DNA from: Spirochaetia bacterium
GTDB lineage: Bacteria > Spirochaetota > Spirochaetia > UBA9216
Length of the DNA: 64,000 nt
Assembly: GCA_963675665.1 (NCBI GenBank)
Contig: OY776510.1
Location: 1,856,001 to 1,920,000, forward strand
Direction of reading: 5' to 3'
The notes below the pieces were generated by a model. The model worked only from the letters and a program-made list of their open reading frames with translations, was not told the DNA's origin and searched no databases. Made by a program: the position numbers and the translations under genes. Positions 18,539 to 28,631 of this stretch are shown here, one piece after another. The stretch's first letter is position 1. Every line of letters begins with the position of its first letter.

Positions 18539-20158
18539 ATGAGCGAGTTCATTTATCAGGAAATCTTCGAACATGCAACACCTGAATGTGAATACAGGCT
18601 GCTTGCGAATAAGTTTGTAACAACGTTTACGGCTGCCGGGCGGACTATTCTGTCTGTTGAGCCGGAAGGGCTGAGTTTTCTTGCCGAACAGGCCGTAAGA
18701 GAGATTTCTTATCTGCTGCGGACTTCTCATCTTGAGGGTCTTCAAAAAATTATTGAAGATCCGGAGTCTTCGGAAAATGATGTTTATATTGCCGAAACCC
18801 TTCTTGAGAATGCAGTTATATCGGCTGAAATGGAGTATCCGGGATGCCAGGACACCGGGACGGCAATCGTGGTAGCCCACAAAGGCGAGAACGTTTATAC
18901 CGGGACCGATGATGCCGAAGCTCTCAGCCGGGGAATTTATCAGGCTTATCAGGGAAATAATCTCCGTTTTTCACAGACCGTTCCCCTTTCAATGTACGAA
19001 GAAGTCAACTCCGGAACAAATCTTCCGGCCCAGATTGATATTGCCGCTGTACCGGGCGGAAGCTATGAGTTTCTGTTTATTACCAAGGGCGGCGGTTCTG
19101 CAAACAAGACCTTTTTGTTTCAGGAGACAAAAGCCCTGCTCGAACCCGACAGGCTCAGGGTTTTTCTGGCGGAAAAGATTGCCTCAATCGGCACCTCAGC
19201 CTGTCCGCCGTATCATCTTGCAGTTGTGATAGGGGGAACATCCCCGGAAATGAACCTGAAGACTGTTAAACTTGCTTCAGCGAAATATTATGATAACCTG
19301 CCCGAAAACGGGAACCGGTACGGCCGCGCGTTTCGCGACAGGCATCTTGAAGCGGATATTCTTGAAATGACCCGCAGCCTGGGAATAGGGGCGCAGTTCG
19401 GTGGAAAGTATTTCTGCCATGATGTAAGGGTTATACGGTTGCCGAGGCACGGAGCCTCCTGTTCGGTTGGGATAGGAGTAAGCTGCAGCGCCGACCGTAA
19501 TATCAGGGCAAAGATTACAGCCGACGGTATCTTCCTCGAAAAGCTTGAGACCGACCCTTCGAGATTTCTTAAAACTTCAGCCGGCAGGAAGCCGGGAAAG
19601 AAAATCGGCGAAGCGGTCGGAATTGATCTGTCGGCAGGGATGGAAGAATTGCGCCGGACGTTAAGCCGGTATCCGGTCAAAACAAGGGTAATGCTCAGCG
19701 GAAAGATTATTGTAGCCCGCGATATTGCACACGCAAAGCTTTATGAACGGCTTAAAAAAGGGGAAGGGGTGCCTGAATATTTTAAGGAGCATATCATTTA
19801 CTACGCCGGTCCCGCGAAAACCCCGGAAGGCAGGGCTTCAGGTTCCCTGGGACCTACTACCGCCGGCCGTATGGATCCATATGTTCCGGAGTTTCAGAAA
19901 GAAGGCGCGTCCCTTGTTATGCTTGCAAAGGGCAACCGGTCGCAGGCGGTTGTTGATTCCTGCCGGAAATACGGCGGTTTTTACCTGGGTTCTGTCGGAG
20001 GCGCCGCGGCAATCCTGGGTCGTGATTGTGTGACCTCATCCGAAGTCGTTGAGTTTCCCGAGCTCGGAATGGAGGCGGTTTACATGATTACCGTGAGAGA
20101 CCTGCCTGCGTTTATTCTGATAGACGATAAGGGAAATGATTTTTTCCCGCTATTATAG
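18539..20158 (+). CDS. Class I (Fe-S) fumarate hydratase
   Basis: [36 protein letters not shown]. Confidence 0.95.
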   Translation: MSEFIYQEIFEHATPECEYRLLANKFVTTFTAAGRTILSVEPEGLSFLAEQAVREISYLLRTSHLEGLQKIIEDPESSENDVYIAETLLENAVISAEMEYPGCQDTGTAIVVAHKGENVYTGTDDAEALSRGIYQAYQGNNLRFSQTVPLSMYEEVNSGTNLPAQIDIAAVPGGSYEFLFITKGGGSANKTFLFQETKALLEPDRLRVFLAEKIASIGTSACPPYHLAVVIGGTSPEMNLKTVKLASAKYYDNLPENGNRYGRAFRDRHLEADILEMTRSLGIGAQFGGKYFCHDVRVIRLPRHGASCSVGIGVSCSADRNIRAKITADGIFLEKLETDPSRFLKTSAGRKPGKKIGEAVGIDLSAGMEELRRTLSRYPVKTRVMLSGKIIVARDIAHAKLYERLKKGEGVPEYFKEHIIYYAGPAKTPEGRASGSLGPTTAGRMDPYVPEFQKEGASLVMLAKGNRSQAVVDSCRKYGGFYLGSVGGAAAILGRDCVTSSEVVEFPELGMEAVYMITVRDLPAFILIDDKGNDFFPLL

Positions 20159-20169
20159 GTCCCTTTGAA

Positions 20170-20979
20170 TTAGAATCCCCGTAACTCAGTACTGCTTCTT
20201 ACCGGCAGGCCTTCTTTTGGTGTTCTTTTCAGAATCAGGTACTGAAGGTTGTATTTTTCACAGAACTCACGTTTTTCGGGTTTGTCACCGTCTTCGTTGA
20301 CTGCATAGATGTCCGGTTTCAGGATTTTTATTTCAGGTTCGGCATCCATCCATCCGCTGCCGGTTGAAATACAGGCGCCCTTTACGTACTTTATGGACTG
20401 AACAATGAAAAGACGTTCGTCTTCGCTGTAATGCGGATGTCCTTCTCCCTTTAGCATCTCAACATTCCTGTCGCTGCCTATTATTACATACAGCTCTCCG
20501 TATTCAGAGACTTCTTCAAAAAACCTGATGTGGCCGGTATGAAAATAATCATAACATCCGGTAACGACGATTTTTTTCCCGTCGCTGTCAGGCAGATGTT
20601 CAGCGTATTTATTCAATTTGAAATCCGAATGGCCGGCAGCGACAAGTGCAGGTCCGTTATCTCTGCAGTATGCTTTTTTTGAATCGTTCTGATCTTCCGG
20701 AAAAACAAGCCAGTAATCAGCAGCACCGGCTTCTTCCGGTAACCGATCCGGGTCGAACGCGGTATTTACCGTGATTACGGTATCAATGTATTTTATTGAT
20801 TCCGTAAAGTACAATCGTTCCTGCAGATTGAACCTGGGATATGCGCCGTATACGTTTTTATGCATTTCATCGGGCCACAGAACAAGATTTACAGAGCCGT
20901 ATTCAGCGGCAGTTCTAAGAAAAGCAATATGAGAAGTTCTGATATCATCGAAGCTGCCTGAAACAATAACCTTTTTCAC
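20170..20979 (-). CDS. Tandem cytidylyltransferase-like (HIGH) nucleotidyltransferase
   Basis: Domain 1 VSGSFDDIRTSH (degenerate); domain 2 VTGCYDYFHTGH; C-terminal RSSTELR. Confidence 0.85.
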   Translation of the reverse strand: MKKVIVSGSFDDIRTSHIAFLRTAAEYGSVNLVLWPDEMHKNVYGAYPRFNLQERLYFTESIKYIDTVITVNTAFDPDRLPEEAGAADYWLVFPEDQNDSKKAYCRDNGPALVAAGHSDFKLNKYAEHLPDSDGKKIVVTGCYDYFHTGHIRFFEEVSEYGELYVIIGSDRNVEMLKGEGHPHYSEDERLFIVQSIKYVKGACISTGSGWMDAEPEIKILKPDIYAVNEDGDKPEKREFCEKYNLQYLILKRTPKEGLPVRSSTELRGF

Positions 20980-21746
20980 AATCTGACCTTTATCCTTATT
21001 CCGCCCGGAACATCCTGTTCCGAAACAACATACAGGTATCCGCCGCCGCAGCCCGAATACATTGCACCGTCATACCGTTCCTGGTAATGCCTCATTACTT
21101 TTTTCAGATCTACTTTCAGTGTCTGGTGAAGAACGGTTCCCGGCAGGATTTTTTCCCAGCATTCCATGCAGGTGTTCATTGATGCACCGAGCGCTTTTGA
21201 GTCCATATTTATTATGGCGTCAAAGCAGTCCCTGCCTGTCTGTCCCAGCCGGCGGACATCTTCAGGTTCGAGGTTCCTGGTTTCAAGCGGATTATACCCT
21301 TCAGGCCGCTGTGCGACAGGAACCAGACTGATGTTTCTTTCAAGCCATTCAGCTGTTTCCTGTCCGGTGTTCGATTCGATATGAAAAGGAAAATAACCGC
21401 CTTCATGCTCAATGGAATAGTCAAGCCTGCTTATTCCCGGGTAGATGATTCCTACCATATCCTGTGAACCCGACGGCGCCGGAAGATCCTTGTTTTCTTC
21501 ATTGTATAATTCGCGTGTCAGTCGGCCGTAATCTTCATCAGGAATTTTTCCGTTCCAGATCCGCTGGGCAACTTTCCGTGAGCTGGTGGCCATCCCGCAT
21601 CTGTCCATCAGCCTGAATTGCGGTTGAATGCTTACTACGACCATTGATCCGAAAGAGTCGGGGTTTACGGCGGAAACAAACGGCTGATCGATCCAGCCGC
21701 CTGCAAACGCCATTCGGTAGGGAATCATGCCGATTGCATCAGTCAT
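20976..21746 (-). CDS. GHMP-superfamily sugar kinase-like protein (HddA/fucokinase-like)
   Basis: PYRMAFAGGWIDQP, CGMATSS, SGSQD, SGCGGGY. Confidence 0.75.
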   Translation of the reverse strand: MTDAIGMIPYRMAFAGGWIDQPFVSAVNPDSFGSMVVVSIQPQFRLMDRCGMATSSRKVAQRIWNGKIPDEDYGRLTRELYNEENKDLPAPSGSQDMVGIIYPGISRLDYSIEHEGGYFPFHIESNTGQETAEWLERNISLVPVAQRPEGYNPLETRNLEPEDVRRLGQTGRDCFDAIINMDSKALGASMNTCMECWEKILPGTVLHQTLKVDLKKVMRHYQERYDGAMYSGCGGGYLYVVSEQDVPGGIRIKVRL

Positions 21747-21748
21747 TT

Positions 21749-22756
21749 TCAGCTGACGGTCCTTTTTCCGGCTTTACGGTCGCTGTACTGCTGTTTGATC
21801 CATCTGTATGTCTTTGCAATCCCTTCGGCCAGCGGGGTTGACGGCTCCCAGTTCAGGACGGATTTGATGAATGTATTATCCGAGTTTCTGCCTGCAACGC
21901 CTTTGGGTGCGTCCGGGTTATATGTTCTTTTCACTTTGAAATCGGCAACTTTTTCCACGGTGTCAACAAGCTCGTTTACCGAAACAAGCTCGGATGAGCC
22001 GAGGTTGATCGGTGTGGCTATGAGATCATCACAGTGGGTGATTATATCTATGCCCTTTGTACAGTCGTCGATATACATGTATGAACGGGTTTGAGATCCG
22101 TCGCCCCAGATTTCCATTTCACCGGTTCCGCTGTCCCGGGCTTCAATAACCTTGCGGCACATTGCTGCGGGAGCCTTTTCACGTCCGCCGTCCCAGGTTC
22201 CGTAGGGTCCGTAAACATTGTGGAATCTTGCAATAAAGGTTTTCATTCCCCTCTCTGCAGCATATTCCTCGCAGAACATCTCTGAAAGAAGTTTTTCCCA
22301 TCCGTATCCACGTTCAGCCATAGCCGGATAAGCATCGGATTCCTTAAGAGCTATAACATCAGGGTTTTTCTGCAAATCAGTGTTATAGGCACAGGCTGAT
22401 GATGAAAAGAAATATCTGCCGACTCCCGCATTGTATGCTGCTTCAATCATATTTGTGTTTATAAGAATTGAACGCAGGCATTCCACACGGTTTTTTTCGA
22501 TAAATCCCATTCCGCCCATATCTGCAGCCAGGTTGTAAACCTCTTTTGCATTTTCAACCGCACGGACGCAGTTTTGGTACTCGCTTACATCAAGGCAGAG
22601 GCTTTCGGCTCCTTCTACAACCTGGTACCACTGGTAGAGGGGTTTCTTGTCAACCGCCCTCAGATTGGTAAAGCCTTTTTCCGTGAAATATCTTACAAGC
22701 GCACCGGCAATAAACCCGCCCGCGCCGGTAACAACAATCAAGTCATCTTTCTTCAT
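21749..22756 (-). CDS. NAD-dependent epimerase, GDP-mannose 3,5-epimerase-like
   Basis: GAGGFIAG, NLAADMGGMGFI, SSSACAY, YGWEKL, RFHNVYGPYGTWDGGREKAPAAMCRK, GRNSDN; GGAGG RBS before ATG 22756. Confidence 0.9.
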   Translation of the reverse strand: MKKDDLIVVTGAGGFIAGALVRYFTEKGFTNLRAVDKKPLYQWYQVVEGAESLCLDVSEYQNCVRAVENAKEVYNLAADMGGMGFIEKNRVECLRSILINTNMIEAAYNAGVGRYFFSSSACAYNTDLQKNPDVIALKESDAYPAMAERGYGWEKLLSEMFCEEYAAERGMKTFIARFHNVYGPYGTWDGGREKAPAAMCRKVIEARDSGTGEMEIWGDGSQTRSYMYIDDCTKGIDIITHCDDLIATPINLGSSELVSVNELVDTVEKVADFKVKRTYNPDAPKGVAGRNSDNTFIKSVLNWEPSTPLAEGIAKTYRWIKQQYSDRKAGKRTVS

Positions 22757-22836
22757 AATTGTCCTCCATAATAAATACATCATAGAGCCGGGATTGCTTG
22801 ATAACAATGCTCAAAAAGCGTAGTATTTATAATGAA

Positions 22837-23970
22837 ATGCGCAATATAGCTCTCTGTATGGGAATTAATGATCACTATGAACACGGAATAGCCCGCGGTG
22901 TTGTTCGCTTCGCAAAAGAGAGAGGCTGGAAACTGTCGGGTTACGGATGGATGTTCGGCAGTCTTGACGATATAACCGAATGGAAAGGAGACGGAATTAT
23001 TACCAGAATCGAGTTTGCCGGTGATGCCGATCTTTTCGGCAGTCTTGATATTCCGGTTATTGATGTTGCTGGTGCATACAGCCGAAGATCTTTTCACCAG
23101 GTCAGCAATGATGACTTTATGACGGGGAAGAAAGCCGGCATTCACCTGTCGGAACGCGGATTCATTCATTATGCTTACTGCGGTGTCGAAAATGTCGGCT
23201 GGTCTCAAAAGCGCAAGGAGGGGTTCGTCGCCGGTATCGGAAAGAGCTCTTTCCCGGTTTTTGAACGCAGCCTTGAGTGGTGGGAGCAGTTTGACCGGTC
23301 AGATTCGCTTAACGATTGGCTTAAATCGCTTCCCATCTCGGGCGCTGTGTTTGCATGCAACGATACCGCCGGTGTGAAAGTCACATCGGTTTGCCGAAGC
23401 CTCGGTATATCTGTTCCGGAAGAACTGGCCATTTTGGGTGTGGATAATGAAGATATCCTCTGTGAGCTGGCGGCACCGTCCTTGTCCAGCGTACAGCTTG
23501 ACTGCGAACAAATCGGCTACAGGGCAGCCGGGCTGCTTGATACGTTGCTTCACAGGAAAAATCCTGTTCGGTCTTATACTTCCGAAATTCTTGTCATGCC
23601 GAAAGGAATCATGGAGCGTGAATCAACAAGGATTTTTGTCAGCCGTGATCAGCTTGTTCAAAGCGCCGTCAACCTGATAAGAACCGATGTAAGTTCCGGA
23701 ATCACAGTATCTGAACTGGCGGACAGAATGGCTGTCTCCCGCAGAACACTGGAAACACGTTTCAGGAAGATTCTGAAGACAAGTGTTCATGATGAGATAG
23801 TTTCGGCACGACTGTCTTTTGCCGAAAAGCTTCTAATAAGTACCGACGCCACTGTTGAATCAGTCGCATCCGATTCGGGTTATAATTCCATGCAGCGGTT
23901 TCATGCAGGGTTCAGGTCAAGGCACGGAATGACGCCGGGAGAATACAGGAAAAAGTATCGGCGGGGATAA
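22837..23970 (+). CDS. XylR-type regulator (LacI-like sensor plus AraC HTH)
   Basis: FACND, VPEELAILGVDNE, LSSV; C-terminal SRRTLETRF..GY..FR..GMTPGEYR. Confidence 0.92.
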   Translation: MRNIALCMGINDHYEHGIARGVVRFAKERGWKLSGYGWMFGSLDDITEWKGDGIITRIEFAGDADLFGSLDIPVIDVAGAYSRRSFHQVSNDDFMTGKKAGIHLSERGFIHYAYCGVENVGWSQKRKEGFVAGIGKSSFPVFERSLEWWEQFDRSDSLNDWLKSLPISGAVFACNDTAGVKVTSVCRSLGISVPEELAILGVDNEDILCELAAPSLSSVQLDCEQIGYRAAGLLDTLLHRKNPVRSYTSEILVMPKGIMERESTRIFVSRDQLVQSAVNLIRTDVSSGITVSELADRMAVSRRTLETRFRKILKTSVHDEIVSARLSFAEKLLISTDATVESVASDSGYNSMQRFHAGFRSRHGMTPGEYRKKYRRG

Positions 23971-23993
23971 TATACGGATTCATAAAGAATATA

Positions 23994-24467
23994 TCATAGA
24001 GAATCTGAGCCGGGAGACCCTTCAGTTCCCCACTCATATGTACGTTTGAGATAGTTCATTACTACAGAGGAGTCGGCTCTTAGTACTCCTCTTATATTAT
24101 ATATTTTTTTAAATATTAAATCTTCCATCTCCTGAAGCGATCTTACGTTGAACTCAACATCCAGATCATGGGCGCCGGTAGTGACTGCTATATACCAAAT
24201 TTCTTTAATCTGCTTGATTTCATTAATAACGCTATCTGCATAATACGGATCCAGCTGCACTTTTATTAATCCGGATATGGGAAATCCCAGCTTGATAGGG
24301 TCGCACACGGCTACAATCTGAAAAACCTTGTTGTCTTTCAGGATCTGAACCCTTTTCCGGATTGTTGTTTCCGATACTCCGATTTTTTCAGCTATTGTTT
24401 TAAACGGCAGTCTGCCGTCCTGCTGCAGTAATTTGATTATCTCGGTATCAATTTTATCAATTTCCAA
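23994..24467 (-). CDS. Lrp/AsnC-family regulator
   Basis: IDTEIIKLLQQDGRLPFKTIAEKIGVSETTIRKRV; TTGAHD. Confidence 0.95.
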   Translation of the reverse strand: MEIDKIDTEIIKLLQQDGRLPFKTIAEKIGVSETTIRKRVQILKDNKVFQIVAVCDPIKLGFPISGLIKVQLDPYYADSVINEIKQIKEIWYIAVTTGAHDLDVEFNVRSLQEMEDLIFKKIYNIRGVLRADSSVVMNYLKRTYEWGTEGSPGSDSL

Positions 24468-24576
24468 AACGCAGCTCCTGTTTTTGTCTCATTAACAATA
24501 TACTTGCATAACCTTCCATGTTCAAGATTCAGGGCTGTTTTAAGAAGTTAATTTGATATGGATTAAATATATAAGT

Positions 24577-24685
24577 CGTAAAACAAATAAATATATCAAA
24601 ATAAAACGTAAAACAAACTAAAAAGGCAAAAAAAAGCGAAATACAAACATTTTTTCTTGACATAAGAAAATTTTGACCTTACCAT
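24577..24685 (+). promoter_or_regulatory. Sigma70 promoter with three upstream direct repeats spaced 30 bp (candidate Lrp sites)
   Basis: TTGACA 24657-62, 17 bp, TACCAT 24680-85; CGTAAAACAAA at 24577 and 24607, CGAAATACAAA at 24637. Confidence 0.7.
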
Positions 24686-24721
24686 AAATGAAATTCATAT
24701 ATTTGGAGGGTAGAAATTAGT

Positions 24722-26092
24722 ATGGATCATTATGGAATTCTTTCCCTGGTTCCGGCGATAGTAATAATACTGTTCGCACTGAAAACACGGAAAACATTTG
24801 AGGCTCTGCTTCTTGGATCGGTTATAGCGTATATAATCATCCATGGGTTCAGGTTTTTCATGCCGTGGCTGAACAAGCTGCTGGAGGTTTGCTCCGACGG
24901 TGATACAGCCTGGTATGTAATAGCTTTCGGCCTGTTCGGAGCTTTTCTTGCGCTTGCGGAAGAATCGAGAGGTTCATTTGCATTCTCAAAACTGTTGCTG
25001 AAATGGTGCAGGAACCAGAGACGAAGTCTCATCTCAACTTTTATAATCGGCGTTGTACTGTTTGTTGATGATTACCTTGATTCAATTACCTCAGGGGCCG
25101 TCATGAAACCCATCTGCGACAAGAACAAGCTTCCCCGTGAATCAATGGCTTATGTTATCGATTCAACAGCAGCCCCCATGTGCGTAATTGTACCGATCTC
25201 AACCTGGGTTATTTTTTATTCGGGTGTATTCGGCAACGACGAATCTTTTGCGCACCTCGGTTCCGGGATGGAAATATATCTTAAGGCCTTGCCGTTTATC
25301 TTTTATGCATGGATAGCCCTGGTAATTGTTTTTCTTTTCTCGATGCAGATTATTCCGCCGATCGGTCCAATGAAAAAGGCCTACCAGAGGGTTAAGGATA
25401 CCGGTAAAACATTTTCGGATCGCAGCATTGAACTGAATGCTGAAACTGAAGAGGTTAATCTTGATGAAATCAACACAGTTAAGGGTGTAATAAACTTCCT
25501 GGCCCCGCTGGCTCTTCTTGTTGTTGTTACCTTACTTACTGAAGATATACTTGTTGCTGTTATAGCGGCAGTAGCATTACAGTTTGTTTTATACGTACCT
25601 ACTAAAACCATAGGGTTTGATCACTTTTTTAAATCTGTAGTGAAGGGTTTTCAGAACATGCTGCCGATGATCTTCATTCTTGTCGGTGCATTTATGGTGC
25701 AGGCAACTTCAAAGGAAATAGGTCTGGCGAATTTTGTAGTTGAGAAACTTGAACCCATAATGGGTGCAAACATATTCCCTGCGATAACGTTTCTGGCCGT
25801 TTCCGTTGTCTCCTTCATTACAGGCAGCAACTGGGGTGTTCCGGCCCTTATGGTACCGATAATATTTCCTCTTGCCATCGCTGTCGGCGCAAATCCTTAC
25901 CTTACGGCAGCGGCTATAGTCGGCGGAGGAACTTTCAGCAGTCATATATGTTTCTATTCAGATGCGACTGTTCTTACTTCCATAGCATCAGGCTGCGATA
26001 ACATGGATCACGCGTTGACGCAGGCTCCGTACGGTTTTATAGGTGCGGCAGTTACCTTCGTATTAACCCTGATTCTGGGATTTATTTTGTAA
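24722..26092 (+). CDS. NhaC-family transporter (probably an amino-acid/amine substrate)
   Basis: FVDDY, YVIDSTAAP..PISTW, TGSNWG, SHICFYSDATVL. Confidence 0.88.
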   Translation: MDHYGILSLVPAIVIILFALKTRKTFEALLLGSVIAYIIIHGFRFFMPWLNKLLEVCSDGDTAWYVIAFGLFGAFLALAEESRGSFAFSKLLLKWCRNQRRSLISTFIIGVVLFVDDYLDSITSGAVMKPICDKNKLPRESMAYVIDSTAAPMCVIVPISTWVIFYSGVFGNDESFAHLGSGMEIYLKALPFIFYAWIALVIVFLFSMQIIPPIGPMKKAYQRVKDTGKTFSDRSIELNAETEEVNLDEINTVKGVINFLAPLALLVVVTLLTEDILVAVIAAVALQFVLYVPTKTIGFDHFFKSVVKGFQNMLPMIFILVGAFMVQATSKEIGLANFVVEKLEPIMGANIFPAITFLAVSVVSFITGSNWGVPALMVPIIFPLAIAVGANPYLTAAAIVGGGTFSSHICFYSDATVLTSIASGCDNMDHALTQAPYGFIGAAVTFVLTLILGFIL

Positions 26093-26143
26093 TCATTTAC
26101 GGCTGCCGGGAGGGTATTCCCGGCGGCTTACAAGAGGTTTTTT

Positions 26144-27346
26144 ATGAAGATATTAATTTTAGGCGGCGGCGGGTTAATGGGTTCCGGTACTGTGAGGGAT
26201 CTTGTTTCCGGCCAGTCCTCCGGTTCCGGTATTAAAGAGGTAATAGCAGCTGATTATGACATTGCTGCGGTTAGGAAACTTGCAACTGAGCTTGGTGATC
26301 CGAGAATTACACCGGTCGGGGTTGACGTCAGGGACGCAGCCGGCGTAAAGGACCTGCTCGAAAAGGCGGATCTGTGCATAAATGCTGTTCCCACTTTTTT
26401 GGATCTGCAGCTTGATATTTTTCATTACTGTCTTGAAACGCACACGCCCTATGTTGATTACGGCGGAATGGGAATATACACTGAAAAACAGAAAGCTGAA
26501 CATGATAAATGGGTTGCTGCCGGCGTTCCGGCAATTCTCGGGCTGGGAGCTGATCCGGGAATGTCCAATGTTATCTGCCGTTCTGTGGCCGATGAACTTG
26601 ACACGATCGACAGTATTAACCTTTTTTGGGCGGCGAAGCTTGACGGACCGGATAACCCGGTGCTGGTGCCGGCATACAGTACTTTAACTCTGCTTGCAGA
26701 GTTTGCCCGCCCGAGCAAACAGTTTTACGACGGAAAACTGGTGGAGATGCCGCCGCAAAGCGGTAAAGTTACAAAAATTCTGCCGGAGCCTTTCGGCAAA
26801 ACGGAATTTATGCATTCGATGCATTCCGAACCGTTAACCGTACCTTTTTCAAGGGGTATTAAAGAAAAGGGAATCAGGGAAATGACATGGCGGCTGCATC
26901 TGCCCGAATATGAAAATTCATTATGGAAATCCATGGTTTCAGCCGGGTTCGGAGATTTTGATGATCCTGTTGATTTTCATGGTAATAAAATTATGCCCGG
27001 AGAGTTTCTGGAATTATTGATAAAAAGAAATATTGAGCGGAACAGCTCGCTGATTCCGGAACAAACCTATTATGAGATTCATTTCGCAACGGGCATCGGA
27101 ACAATAAACGGTATGCCGGCTGAGGTTACAACAACAGTAATGGTGAATCCGGATCCCTTATATGAAAAGTATAATGATGCGGGAACATCAATGAACTGTT
27201 CAATAGGAGCACAGATGCTTGGTCTTGATCTTGTCCGGCCCGGAGTCTGGGGGCCTGAAGAGTGCCTTGATGTCGGCAGATATTTTGAAGAATTGAGAAA
27301 AAGAAAATTTGAAATCAAAACTGAAATCACAGTTATTAAAAAATAA
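26144..27346 (+). CDS. Saccharopine dehydrogenase-family oxidoreductase, copy 1
   Basis: ILGGGGLMG, YVDYGG, GLGADPGMSN, HSEPLTVP, GVWGPE. Confidence 0.85.
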   Translation: MKILILGGGGLMGSGTVRDLVSGQSSGSGIKEVIAADYDIAAVRKLATELGDPRITPVGVDVRDAAGVKDLLEKADLCINAVPTFLDLQLDIFHYCLETHTPYVDYGGMGIYTEKQKAEHDKWVAAGVPAILGLGADPGMSNVICRSVADELDTIDSINLFWAAKLDGPDNPVLVPAYSTLTLLAEFARPSKQFYDGKLVEMPPQSGKVTKILPEPFGKTEFMHSMHSEPLTVPFSRGIKEKGIREMTWRLHLPEYENSLWKSMVSAGFGDFDDPVDFHGNKIMPGEFLELLIKRNIERNSSLIPEQTYYEIHFATGIGTINGMPAEVTTTVMVNPDPLYEKYNDAGTSMNCSIGAQMLGLDLVRPGVWGPEECLDVGRYFEELRKRKFEIKTEITVIKK

Positions 27347-27367
27347 AACGCTTTTAAGGAGATAAAA

Positions 27368-28627
27368 TTGAAACGAGTATTGGTCATCGGTGCAGGTGCA
27401 CAGGGCGGACCCTGTGCTTCGATACTTGCCAGGGGTTCCGAAATGGAGGAAGTTATTCTTGCCGATATTGATATGGATTTATGCCGAAAGGTTAAAAATA
27501 AAATCGGAAGCGGCAAGGTTTCTGCCGTGAAACTAAACGCGGGCAACGTAGAAGAGATTGAAAGAGCTGCCCGGGGGTGTGATGTTGTCATTAACCTGAC
27601 CCTTCCTGTATTCAGCGAAAAAATAATGCAGGCAGCTTTGAATGCGGGGGCCCATTATGTGGATACCTCGTTCGGCGAACCCGAACTGATGGATATCTGC
27701 GCAAGGGACAACATATTGTCCCAGATTATAGAAGGACGAGACCTTCTGCTTGATAAGGAATTTAAAAATGCCGGCTTGACAGCACTTGTCGGCTGCGGCG
27801 GAACCCCGGGTTTTCTTAATGTGGGCGTAAGATACCTGTGCGATAAACTCGATGAAGTTGAAGAAATACGAATGAAATTCGGCGAAGGTCCTGTAGGGAA
27901 TCAGCCTGAAGAACTTGTCGCCGGAGCATGGAATCCCGGATGGAACCCTTTCAGGGCCCTTTGGGGTTATGCGGTTGAACCCGCAATATTCAGAAACGGC
28001 AAATACGAAACATCTCCGATATTCGGCGAACCTGAAGTGTACAAGTTTCCCGATCCTCTTGGAGAGATAGCAATATGTCACCACCAGCACCAGGAGCAGG
28101 TTACGCTGCCGTTTTTTATCGGAAAGGGAATAAAGTACTGTGAATTTAAATACCCGGTTGATAATCAGGCTGCAACCTTCGTTAAAATGGGATTTGGTAA
28201 ACCAGATACAATAACGGTGAATGGTCAGGAAGTCTCACCAAGGGACGTTCTTATGAAAATGATGGTGCCGCCTGGTAATGTTTTTCTGGAAGAAAATGAG
28301 AAAACCGCGGCGGAACCTCTTGAGGCCACACAGATATGGGTAGTTGAAGTTAAGGGCCTTGAAGGCGGAAAACCCGTTACCTATACCTTGTCGGAGCCCT
28401 ATACCTTCATCCTGACAACCGAGGATAAAATAAAGGTTTACGACCTCTTCGGCTCCACTGATGTCGGCGTGGCCCTGCCTGCCGTTATCGGTGCGAAGAT
28501 GTGTTCATCGGGACGTACAGAATCAGGGACAATATCCTCCGAATGCCTCGATCCGAATATTTTTCTGAAACTTCTGGCGGAAACCGGCGTCCCCCTTTCC
28601 GTGGAAGATAGAGTCGTAAGGAGTTGA
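27368..28627 (+). CDS. Saccharopine dehydrogenase-family oxidoreductase, copy 2
   Basis: VIGAGAQG, HYVDTS, GCGGTPG, HQEQVTLP, SECLDP. Confidence 0.85.
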   Translation: MKRVLVIGAGAQGGPCASILARGSEMEEVILADIDMDLCRKVKNKIGSGKVSAVKLNAGNVEEIERAARGCDVVINLTLPVFSEKIMQAALNAGAHYVDTSFGEPELMDICARDNILSQIIEGRDLLLDKEFKNAGLTALVGCGGTPGFLNVGVRYLCDKLDEVEEIRMKFGEGPVGNQPEELVAGAWNPGWNPFRALWGYAVEPAIFRNGKYETSPIFGEPEVYKFPDPLGEIAICHHQHQEQVTLPFFIGKGIKYCEFKYPVDNQAATFVKMGFGKPDTITVNGQEVSPRDVLMKMMVPPGNVFLEENEKTAAEPLEATQIWVVEVKGLEGGKPVTYTLSEPYTFILTTEDKIKVYDLFGSTDVGVALPAVIGAKMCSSGRTESGTISSECLDPNIFLKLLAETGVPLSVEDRVVRS

Positions 28628-28631
28628 CTGT

